A DNA stretch of 32,000 nucleotides, taken from the sequence record OZ298074.1. One strand, given 5' to 3'. The notes beneath the pieces were generated by a model. The model made no database searches, was not told the DNA's origin, and saw only the letters and a list, made by a program, of their open reading frames with translations. The position numbers and the translations under genes are program-made. This document shows positions 9,568 through 17,054 of the stretch, piece by piece; the stretch's first letter is position 1, and each line of letters begins with the position of its first letter.

Positions 9568-9683
9568 GCCCAATAAATCAATATTTGTTTTAGGGGGCAA
9601 TATGGGAGCATAGCCTAACTTTGTATACAAATACACAACAACTAATCGAGGCTGAATTCTAAAAATATATATATAACAATAGA

Positions 9684-9689
9684 GGAGGG
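9684..9689 (-). promoter_or_regulatory. C-rich 3' motif (minus strand) after the 184-aa ORF
   Basis: Plus strand GGAGGG equals minus strand CCCTCC, 14 nt downstream of the ORF stop at 9703-9705. Confidence 0.5.
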
Positions 9690-9702
9690 AGTTTTATTTA
9701 AA

Positions 9703-10257
9703 TTAGTCATTCCATGGACTATTTAAATCTTCAATTTCTTTGTTTAAATTTGCTTGCTGTTCAGAGATATCTTTACCAGCAATAAATTTAGAATCTTTAT
9801 TAGATTTCCATTTATTTTCAATTTGGAAAAAAGAGAAAAATTTATTAGGAGATGGTTTAGGAGTTTCCTCGTTATCTAATATTTCATCTGTGTTAATTTT
9901 TTCTAGAGTATTAATATTATCAGATTTACCTTCCTTTTTATCTTCTAAATCTTTTTCTTTCATAAAAATAGTATTGTAATATAAACCATCCTCTTCAGAT
10001 AAATAATTTCCTAAAGGTGGACTTACATTAGAATCAATATTTCTACTCTCTTTAATTTCATTAATTCTATCTTCCATTGTTTTATTAGAATTATTTTCAA
10101 TATTATTTTCATTTTTAGTATTATCTTCCTCAATATTATTATCATCTTGAGTATTATCTTTTGTATTTGAATTATCTATTTTAGCTAAATTATTAGAAGC
10201 TTCTTGTATGTCAGCTTCAGTAATTGAATTAACAGTAAATTCATTACAATATTTCAT
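9703..10257 (-). CDS. Hypothetical N/D/E-rich protein, 184 aa (C-terminal part of a 407-codon frame interrupted by one TGA)
   Basis: ATG at 10257 and TAA at 9703. Low-complexity acidic/Asn-rich sequence. It is in the same frame as ORF 10396..10926, and I found no stop in the 46 codons between them. Confidence 0.45.
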   Translation of the reverse strand: MKYCNEFTVNSITEADIQEASNNLAKIDNSNTKDNTQDDNNIEEDNTKNENNIENNSNKTMEDRINEIKESRNIDSNVSPPLGNYLSEEDGLYYNTIFMKEKDLEDKKEGKSDNINTLEKINTDEILDNEETPKPSPNKFFSFFQIENKWKSNKDSKFIAGKDISEQQANLNKEIEDLNSPWND

Positions 10258-10395
10258 AAATTCTTTAAATAATATGAATTGTATAAATTTAAAAGATAAA
10301 TCTGGTGTAATACTATGGTGAATATAAGAATTAAAAAATTCATTAACAATTTCATTAAAATTATCATCATTAATATAATATTTAAATGTTAAAGT

Positions 10396-10926
10396 TCAAA
10401 TTATTGTTAATGTTAAAAATAATAATGGTTTTATAGATGGATTAACAGGATTATCTAGATTATCAGATAATTCTTTAGATTCACTTTTCTCTAAAGTTGA
10501 ATTAATAAATGTATCATTAAAATCAATACTACAATAATCATCTTTTTCTACTTTACCTTTAATTCTATTGATAATTAATTTAATAAAGTTTTGTATTTTA
10601 TTAAATAAATCTTCAATTTTTCTAGGTAAATTATCAATAATATTAGATAAATCACTTAATTTAAAATCAAAGTATAAATAAGTAAAATCAAAGGTAGTAA
10701 TTCCAATTAATATATAAACAATAATTTTATATATTCTCGATAATATTTTAAATATTAAAGTATTCTTTAATTTATTAATAAAATTAAATAGATAATTAGA
10801 AATTAGCTTTATAATATAAAATTTTAATACTTGTTTAAGTATTATATTTCTAAGGGATTCAAATTTAACCACAGAATTATATAGGAATATAGCGAAAATT
10901 TTTATCAATTTGATCATTTGTAACAT
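10396..10926 (-). CDS. Hypothetical hydrophobic/Lys-Ile-rich protein, 176 aa (N-terminal part of the 407-codon frame)
   Basis: ATG at 10926, terminates at TGA (plus strand TCA, 10396-10398). Hydrophobic stretches such as IVYILIGITTFDF. Confidence 0.45.
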   Translation of the reverse strand: MLQMIKLIKIFAIFLYNSVVKFESLRNIILKQVLKFYIIKLISNYLFNFINKLKNTLIFKILSRIYKIIVYILIGITTFDFTYLYFDFKLSDLSNIIDNLPRKIEDLFNKIQNFIKLIINRIKGKVEKDDYCSIDFNDTFINSTLEKSESKELSDNLDNPVNPSIKPLLFLTLTII

Positions 10927-10966
10927 AATTTCATGTTTTCATTCACAATTTTAAACGCTAATAAAA

Positions 10967-11242
10967 TTATTCACCATTGGAATTAGATATATTTTCTAAC
11001 TTAACTAGTTTAGAATTAACAAAATAATATTTTCTATTTTTAAATATTCTATTAAAGGTAGTCAAATCATTTTTATTTTCAAATTCATCTTCAAAAGAAT
11101 AAAGAATGACATCAGTATTAGTTTTAGCTATTATCTCACTTTTATTTTCATAATATGTAAATTCTAATACTGTTCCTAAAGGTGAAGTTTTAATTTTAAC
11201 AAAAATAACAAAAACAACAAAACAAAATATACACAATAACAT
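10967..11242 (-). CDS. Hypothetical protein, 91 aa, N-terminal hydrophobic segment
   Basis: ATG at 11242, TAA at 10967. N-terminus MLLCIFCFVVFVIFV looks like a signal or TM segment. Lies directly downstream of dpo remnant A on the same strand. Confidence 0.35.
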   Translation of the reverse strand: MLLCIFCFVVFVIFVKIKTSPLGTVLEFTYYENKSEIIAKTNTDVILYSFEDEFENKNDLTTFNRIFKNRKYYFVNSKLVKLENISNSNGE

Positions 11243-11384
11243 ACTAAAGAGATTTTTATCAATTTATTTTCTATATAACAATTGATTATATAATTTAAGG
11301 TTTCATCTTTATAGTTAAATTATTGAAAATATTTTAATTAGAGGTGCAACACAAAACAACAAACAACAAGGATTATATTTACTA

Positions 11385-11393
11385 GGAGGAGAG
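11385..11393 (-). promoter_or_regulatory. C-rich 3' motif (minus strand) after dpo remnant A
   Basis: Plus strand GGAGGAGAG equals minus strand CTCTCCTCC, 73 nt downstream of the dpo stop. Confidence 0.4.
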
Positions 11394-11465
11394 CTTTGCG
11401 CTTATTTATCAGTGATTATATTATTAATTATTGTTAATGATTCAGTACTTACTAATATATTATTT

Positions 11466-12872
11466 TTATAAAATTAAATTTCTTTTATTATCAGTTACTT
11501 TAAGAGTATATAATTGATCTTTAATGTGTATTGAACTATGTTCAATATTTTTATACCATTTATCATGAGGTAAACTTAAACTACTATTTTTATTTAGTAA
11601 AGATAATAATTCTTCAAATTTTACATTATTACTATTTTTAAAACCTTTTATTTTAATGATACTTTGTTTTGAATCTTTAATTATACCACCATAAACTTTA
11701 GGTGCTAAAAAAACAGCTTTATCAAAAATTTGTTCTAATTTCATTCCATCTAATTTATTATGAATATATTTATTATCTAATTTTTTATTTATAGAATAAA
11801 TACTATCAGTATCAGTATAAGCAATATCATAATTACCATTTTTATATTCACTCATTATTATTCTAGAATAGGCTGTAATTGCTGATGTTATTCCAACTTA
11901 AATATTATATTCTGTATGATCATTAATAAATTTATCTTCATTTATATTATGATAGCTTATTAAAAATAAATCTTCATCTAATTCTATAGTTTTTATTTTA
12001 GTTTTAGTTTCAATTAATTTATTTAATTTATCAGTATTAACAATTAAATGATTTGCTAAATCATCAGTCATACCAAATTTACCATATAAAGAATTCATTA
12101 ATAATTTAGCTATTAAATATAATGGACTAGATTTATCTGAAGATTGTTTTATATTATGTAAAACAGAAACATAATTTATGAAAATATTTTGTTTCTCAAA
12201 TAAATATCCTTCTAATATTTCATAATGATAACCATATTTTTAACATTAAATAATTCTTCAGAAAAGAACCAAGCTGTAAAAGATCCTAAAGGAGATACTG
12301 TTCTATTATTATATCTAATTTGTAATATAGGATTAACTAGATATTTAGGAGTAGTAATCTTAACTTTAAAAAACCCCAAAGGATTTTTTATAATATTAAG
12401 GATATTACCTATAAAATATTTAATATTTCCTATAGGCATATCAAATTTTAACATACTTGTAGGATATAAAGAATTTACATCATAATGATATAAATTTTTC
12501 TCATTATCTAATATAAATGCTTCAATCATTTTAGGTAATTCATTAAAATTATCTAATATAAATACTTTTATATTTATATTAATTCTTCTACTATTCCTAA
12601 AAATATATTTTCCACTATAATCAAAATCTGGATGTTCTTTGTAAATCAAAATAATTTTCATTCTGTTTATTTCGTTAATATTATGATTTACAACAAATTT
12701 ATAAAAATATCTACTAAACATATTAAGATTTTTTCATCTTTGATTTTAATAATTTAGTTTTAAGTAAATTTGCTTCTAATAATTTAATCAAGTTAATTAT
12801 TTTTTCAAGATAATTATCTTTAAGAACCCTATCTTTAATTGTATCAAACAAAGAACTATAAATCTTTGTACT
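11466..12872 (-). pseudogene. dpo: Plasmid-type family-B DNA polymerase, 5'-truncated and disrupted (remnant A)
   Basis: Pol motif A YDVNSLYPTSM, motif B AKLLMNSLYGKFGM and motif C SAITAYSRI...YTDTDSIY, then KVYGG...KIKGF...DKWY...YTLKVTDNKR. It is broken by a frameshift at an A-run near 12730, a frameshift near 12235 (AAAAATATGGTTATCAT) and an in-frame TAA at 11898-11900. There is no exonuclease or terminal-protein region upstream. Confidence 0.85.
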
Positions 12873-12924
12873 AAGTTATAATTTAATTATTTATAATAAT
12901 TTAATTTTTGTTTTTTGTATTTAT

Positions 12925-12998
12925 AACACCTTATTGGATTTGAACCAATAATCACTTGCTTCGAAGGCAAAAGCTGTACCAAATTTAGCTAAAGATGT
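12925..12998 (-). tRNA. trnR: tRNA-Arg (anticodon UCG)
   Basis: Minus strand: acceptor ACATCTT/AAGGTGT, anticodon stem TTTGC/GCAAG, loop CTTCGAA, T arm ATTGG-TTCAAAT-CCAAT. Confidence 0.8.
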
Positions 12999-13046
12999 GA
13001 GTTTTAATTGAAATTAATATTATAGAATTTTATAGATAATATATAT

Positions 13047-13131
13047 TACGAGTAAAGAGATTTGAACTCTTACGTTAGAATTAACATGAGTTCCTAAGAC
13101 TCATCCGGCTACCAAATTTCGGCATACTCGC
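13047..13131 (-). tRNA. trnL: tRNA-Leu (anticodon UAG), long variable arm
   Basis: Minus strand: acceptor GCGAGTA/TACTCGT, anticodon stem TGAGT/ACTCA, loop CTTAGGA, T loop TTCAAAT. 85 nt. Confidence 0.85.
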
Positions 13132-13273
13132 TTAAATAAATTAATAATATTTAATAATTATAATAATTATAAAATATATATATGTAATTTTTGTTGTTGT
13201 TTTTGTTTTTTGAATTTTTAAATTTATAAAAATTTTATACACTGTTATAGAAAATATTAATATAAATTATTAA

Positions 13274-13347
13274 AGGGTTAATAAGGAATTGAACCTTCTT
13301 TATTAAACTTTGCAGGTTTACTACAGAACCATCTGTAAACTTAACCC
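13274..13347 (-). tRNA. trnC: tRNA-Cys (anticodon GCA)
   Basis: Minus strand: acceptor GGGTTAA/TTAACCC, anticodon stem TAAAC/GTTTA, loop CTGCAAA, T loop TTCAATT. Confidence 0.85.
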
Positions 13348-13558
13348 GTTAAATTATTTTTTTTTTTTATTCTAAAATTTAATTATTATATAATAAAATT
13401 TAATATATGCAAATATATATAATAATAATTTTATTAAAATTTAAATTTTAGAAATATATACTTAAAATATATGAAATTTATATATATATGTCTAATAAAC
13501 CTTCTTTTAAAAATTTAGAATATATAAAAGTATACTATAACAATAGACTATAGGATTT

Positions 13559-13579
13559 TTAGATTACATAGTAATCTAA
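13559..13579. repeat. Perfect 9-bp hairpin (TTAGATTAC-ATA-GTAATCTAA)
   Basis: Inverted repeat read directly from the sequence. Lies in the divergent spacer between trnC(-) and atp8(+). Confidence 0.7.
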
Positions 13580-13725
13580 TGTAATTTAAAGAAACTCTCA
13601 TTATCTCATTAAAAGAAAAATATTTCACTTATATTATTCTTATGCTTATAGCAGAGATAGTTCTTTGAAAAAACTAAAAAACAAAAAAATTTTTATATAA
13701 GAACCTAAAACTTATAACCAAAAAA

Positions 13726-13884
13726 ATGCCTCAATTAATACCTTTTTACTTTATTAATCAATTATCATTTGCATTTTTAACTTTAATAACATTAATTTAT
13801 ATTTTCTCTAAATTTATTTTACCTTTATTTACATTTCAACAAGTTATAAGATTATATATTACTAAATTAAGTAATAAATCTTAA
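13726..13884 (+). CDS. atp8: ATP synthase F0 subunit 8 (52 aa; below the ORF-track length cut-off)
   Basis: Manual translation: [52 protein letters not shown]. It has the canonical MPQL.PFYF start. Confidence 0.9.
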   Translation: MPQLIPFYFINQLSFAFLTLITLIYIFSKFILPLFTFQQVIRLYITKLSNKS

Positions 13885-14021
13885 TACTTTACTTCATAAA
13901 GTGTTATTTATAATCTATGTAAAAAATTTATAAATATTTTCATTTATTTTTACTAATAATAAATATAATTTATTAATATCTTATTTATCTCGAAACATAA
14001 ATTTATATATTCTTCTAATTT

Positions 14022-14027
14022 CCCTCC
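14022..14027 (+). promoter_or_regulatory. C-rich 3' motif after atp8
   Basis: TCCCTCC followed by TTAATTTA, 138 nt after the atp8 stop. Confidence 0.55.
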
Positions 14028-14095
14028 TTAATTTATATGCAGATGGAAATTATATTTTATTTAATCATTATATAAAAGAAATATTAATATTAAAT

Positions 14096-14168
14096 AAGAA
14101 CATAGTATAATTGGTTAGTATCATGATCTCCAAAATCATTGGTAGGTGTTCGAATCACCTTGTTCTTG
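14096..14168 (+). tRNA. trnW: tRNA-Trp with CCA anticodon (reads UGG only)
   Basis: Acceptor AAGAACA/TGTTCTT (perfect), anticodon stem ATGAT/ATCAT, loop CTCCAAA, T arm AGGTG-TTCGAAT-CACCT. Confidence 0.88.
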
Positions 14169-14284
14169 AGAATTGATACTTTATTGATTATAAATATTTT
14201 TGTTTTTTTGTTTTTAATATATAAATTTAAGTAAATTTAATAATATTTAATATTAATTAATAATTGTATTATATTTAGATTATT

Positions 14285-14357
14285 GGGTTCTTAGTCTAAT
14301 AGGTAGGGCACCTAATTGTCGATTAGGTCGGTACCAGTTCGAATCTGGTAGAACTCG
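14285..14357 (+). tRNA. trnD: tRNA-Asp (anticodon GUC)
   Basis: Acceptor GGGTTCT/AGAACTC, anticodon stem CCTAA/TTAGG, loop TTGTCGA, T arm ACCAG-TTCGAAT-CTGGT. Confidence 0.88.
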
Positions 14358-14425
14358 AAACAAAACAAAACAAATAAAAAAGAAACAAAACAAAAAACAA
14401 CACAACACAACAACAACAAAACAAA
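14358..14425 (+). repeat. A/C-only low-complexity tract (AAACA/AACAC-type degenerate microsatellite)
   Basis: aaacaaaacaaaacaaataaaaaagaaacaaaacaaaaaacaacacaacacaacaacaacaaaacaaag, starting directly after trnD. Similar shorter tracts at 11345-11370 and (reverse complement) 13187-13211. Confidence 0.8.
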
Positions 14426-14492
14426 GTATAATCTGTTATATGGACGGTGTATTTATTACTTATTAATATCTTGACTTAGCTTATTCTAAATT

Positions 14493-14498
14493 GGAGGG
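14493..14498 (-). promoter_or_regulatory. C-rich 3' motif (minus strand) after dpo remnant B
   Basis: Plus strand GGAGGG equals minus strand CCCTCC followed by AATTTAG, 138 nt downstream of the stop at 14636. Preceded on the minus strand by AAAAAACAAAAAA. Confidence 0.5.
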
Positions 14499-14635
14499 AT
14501 TTTTTGTTTTTTAATATGCTTAATTATTTTTTTATTTTTGCAATGAAACTTCCTGATCTAATTATAGTATTATTTTTCATTATTATTGGAGATGTTTGGG
14601 TTAAAGAAATATTTTTTGTCATTTATTTTTGTTTT

Positions 14636-15380
14636 TTAATAGATTAAACATCTCTTATTATTAATAAGATTCAATTGATAGGGTCTACTTTCTAAAATTA
14701 TTTTGGAATTAGATATATCTTTATACCATTTTAATGTTTCAATTTTAAATCCTTTTAAATAGGAATCTAATAAACTTATTATTTTTTCTTCACTTATTGA
14801 TGATCTAAATGCTTTTTGCAATCCTCTAATTTTACTCCAATCAATTTGATTATTTAATATTCCAATATAAAATTTATGAGATTAAAAAAATAAAATCTAT
14901 TATAAATTTGAAATTCTCCATCTATTTTAGGATTTTTAATTTTTAAAAATCCAAATTTTAAAAGATTTACATATTTATTATCAAATATAACCTTATCTAT
15001 ATCACTATTGAAACTAATATATAAACTATCAGTATCGGTATAATGTAAATTATAAGAAGGATTATTTTTATGTTTAGCCATAAGAATTCTACTATAAGCT
15101 GTTACTGCTGATGCAATTGAAATAGAGATATTAATATCTAAATTTTCTTGATGATAGTTGGAATTAAAAATTTTAGGTAAATATTGTACAAATAATTTGT
15201 TTCCTAATTCTATAATATTTTCAATTTCAGCATTTTAATAAAATTTTTCTATTTAAAATTCATCTTTATCAATTACAGCTGAATTAATTAAATATTGATC
15301 CATACCAAATCTACCGTATAAGCTGTTCATTAAATTTTTAGAAATCAGTCTCCAAATAGAATCTTTATTTTTATCAGCTT
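14636..15380 (-). pseudogene. dpo: Plasmid-type family-B DNA polymerase, C-terminal remnant B (motifs B and C only)
   Basis: WRLISKNLMNSLYGRFGM (motif B), SAVTAYSRILM...HYTDTDSLY (motif C), KIRGLQKAF...LKWYKD...NNKR (thumb). There are two in-frame TAA codons (15253-15255, 15235-15237) and a frameshift between 14821 and 14854. Clearly diverged from remnant A. Confidence 0.8.
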
Positions 15381-15534
15381 CAACTGTTATTTTATATATA
15401 ACAATAACACATGTAATACTAAGTAAAAAGCTTAAAGTACAAGATTTTAAAAAATTAATTATTTTCATTTCATTCACAATTTTAAAATAATTTATCAACA
15501 GATCAAATTTTGATTGATTTTCTGTTAAATTCAC
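15253..15534 (-). CDS. Chimeric ORF, 93 aa: novel hydrophobic N-terminus fused to dpo motif-B fragment
   Basis: The first ~52 aa (MNLTENQSKFDLLINYFKIVNEMKIINFLKSCTLSFLLSITCVIVIYKI...) have no polymerase similarity. The remainder is the start of dpo remnant B. Confidence 0.3.
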   Translation of the reverse strand: MNLTENQSKFDLLINYFKIVNEMKIINFLKSCTLSFLLSITCVIVIYKITVEADKNKDSIWRLISKNLMNSLYGRFGMDQYLINSAVIDKDEF

Positions 15535-15751
15535 AATTGAAATATCATCAAATTCTAAAAATATAACAGAGATATAGAAATATGAAAATTATATTTATAT
15601 ATCAATGTTGTCCACTTTCATATTATTAATTTGGTTTTTAATATGTAAAGGTATATTAAACAATGATGATAGTCCTAAAACATCCCCATAGGTAAAGATA
15701 TTAATGAACAGCAAGAAAATTTGAAAAGAAAATTGAGGAAATAGATGAACC

Positions 15752-16111
15752 ATGAAAATAACTAATTTGAAACTTATTTTATTAAGAATTATATTATTAA
15801 GTATACTATTTTATTTTTTAACTTTAACTACTATTTATTGTTCAAGTGATTTAGAAATGCAAATTGTTAATCATTCTATTGAAAATGTTGTAAATTCTGA
15901 ATTGAGTCCCTCCGGATTGTCGCCTGTTAAAGATTTTTTTGAAATAGAATTATCTAATAATGTGAATACCTCCAGATTTAGTACTAACACCTCTTTATTA
16001 GAAGAAGTTAATACTCAATCTAATAATAATTGTATTAAATATAGTTTAATAGGAATATTAACAATATCAATAATTACAGCCTCAGTTATTATTATAAAAC
16101 ATTTTACTTAA
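15752..16111 (+). CDS. Hypothetical protein, 119 aa, hydrophobic segments at both ends with a Ser/Asn-rich middle
   Basis: ATG at 15752, TAA at 16109-16111. N-terminal LILLRIILLSILFYFLTLTTIY and C-terminal LIGILTISIITASVIIIK segments. A C-rich motif follows 11 nt after the stop. Confidence 0.4.
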   Translation: MKITNLKLILLRIILLSILFYFLTLTTIYCSSDLEMQIVNHSIENVVNSELSPSGLSPVKDFFEIELSNNVNTSRFSTNTSLLEEVNTQSNNNCIKYSLIGILTISIITASVIIIKHFT

Positions 16112-16121
16112 ACCAAAAATT

Positions 16122-16127
16122 CCTCCC
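16122..16127 (+). promoter_or_regulatory. C-rich 3' motif after the 119-aa ORF
   Basis: TCCTCCC followed by AAATAAAAA, immediately downstream of the stop. Confidence 0.45.
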
Positions 16128-16705
16128 AAATAAAAACGATTTATGTATCCAATAATAGGCTTACGCTACTATGTTTTGTGGACATTTAGGAAATTAAAAA
16201 TCAAAGAAAAAAGAAGCAAATCGGTATAAAGATCACTCTAAAATAGTATTAGAATAAAGACCATATCAATTAAATATTATAAACAGAAAAAGAACTTTAA
16301 TTTATAATTCAAAACCAAAAATCTTAGAAAAGACAAAACCTATTAAAATGAAAAATAATAACATAGAACCCTTTGAGAAATACATAGATAAGTAGATATG
16401 TAAACCTGAAGCAACTCCCCTTAACAAACAATACAAGTCACACAACACGAAAGTGGAGTAAACCTTCTCAATTAACAACACTCTCCTAAAGCAAAAATAA
16501 AAAAGTATTGATATAGGGTATACCAGGCTTTTTGTTTTACCTATTTAGGCAAAGCAGTATAATGGTATATTCTCAACCCTTTAACAAATGCCGCCAAAAA
16601 AAAGAAAAACCGTAAAAATCAAAAAATTTTAATTATAAAAGAGTAATATTACTTAAATCGTAATATACGTTAGACACTATCACTAATCTTTATATAAATT
16701 TAAAG

Positions 16706-16927
16706 ATGTTAGCCGCTGCAAAATACATTGGAGCTGGATTAGCTTGCTCTGGATTAATCGGAGCTGGTGCCGGAATCGGTTTAATCTTCTCTGCTTTAAT
16801 AGCTTCAACAGCTAGAAACCCTCAATTAAGAGGACAATTATTCGGTTATGCAATTTTAGGATTCGCTTTAGCTGAAGCAACAGGACTATTCTCATTAATG
16901 ATTGCATTCTTATTATTATACTCATAA
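16706..16927 (+). CDS. atp9: ATP synthase F0 subunit 9 (c subunit)
   Basis: 73 aa: ...[37 protein letters not shown]. Noticeably richer in C-ending codons (TAC, ATC, TTC, AAC) than neighbouring genes. Confidence 0.97.
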   Translation: MLAAAKYIGAGLACSGLIGAGAGIGLIFSALIASTARNPQLRGQLFGYAILGFALAEATGLFSLMIAFLLLYS

Positions 16928-16983
16928 TTTGAGTTTCTTTAAAAGAAGATAATAATTAAAAAACAAAAATATATAAAATAATT

Positions 16984-16991
16984 CCCCCTCC
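16984..16991 (+). promoter_or_regulatory. C-rich 3' motif after atp9
   Basis: CCCCCTCC followed by ATTAATT, 57 nt after the stop. Flanked by AAAAAACAAAAA upstream and (TTTTTG)n downstream. Confidence 0.6.
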
Positions 16992-17054
16992 ATTAATTTT
17001 TGTTTTTGTTTTTTGTTTTGTTTTTAAATTTTATGTATATATGTCTTATTTTTA

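Noticed and set aside
9740-9979. 79-aa + strand ORF in the ORF track
   Set aside because: It lies entirely antisense to the longer minus-strand 184-aa ORF. It is a low-complexity mirror of that sequence, with no motif and no 3' signal of its own.
12225-12485. 86-aa + strand ORF
   Set aside because: It is antisense to the dpo remnant A segment that carries polymerase motif A, so the minus-strand reading is the one with recognisable homology.
9672-13548. Shared 11-mer ATAACAATAGA (about 9673 and about 13535) as possible plasmid terminal repeats
   Set aside because: It is too short and AT-rich to be meaningful, with no extended similarity on either side. I saw no convincing terminal inverted repeats flanking the dpo remnants.
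15899-16165. Possible mitochondrial RNase P RNA (rnpB): GAGTCCCTCCGG (about 15905) as a CR-I/P4 5' strand and AATAATAGGCTTA (about 16152) as a CR-V/P4 3' strand
   Set aside because: Only 5-6 potential P4 pairs can form. The conserved ACAnAA of CR-V is not matched, and the 5' half lies inside a 119-aa ORF. A second weak candidate (AAGGTCG at about 3024 with GTAGGCTAA at about 3141) fails the P4 complementarity test. No GAAAGTCC-like word exists elsewhere in the window outside tRNA or rRNA.
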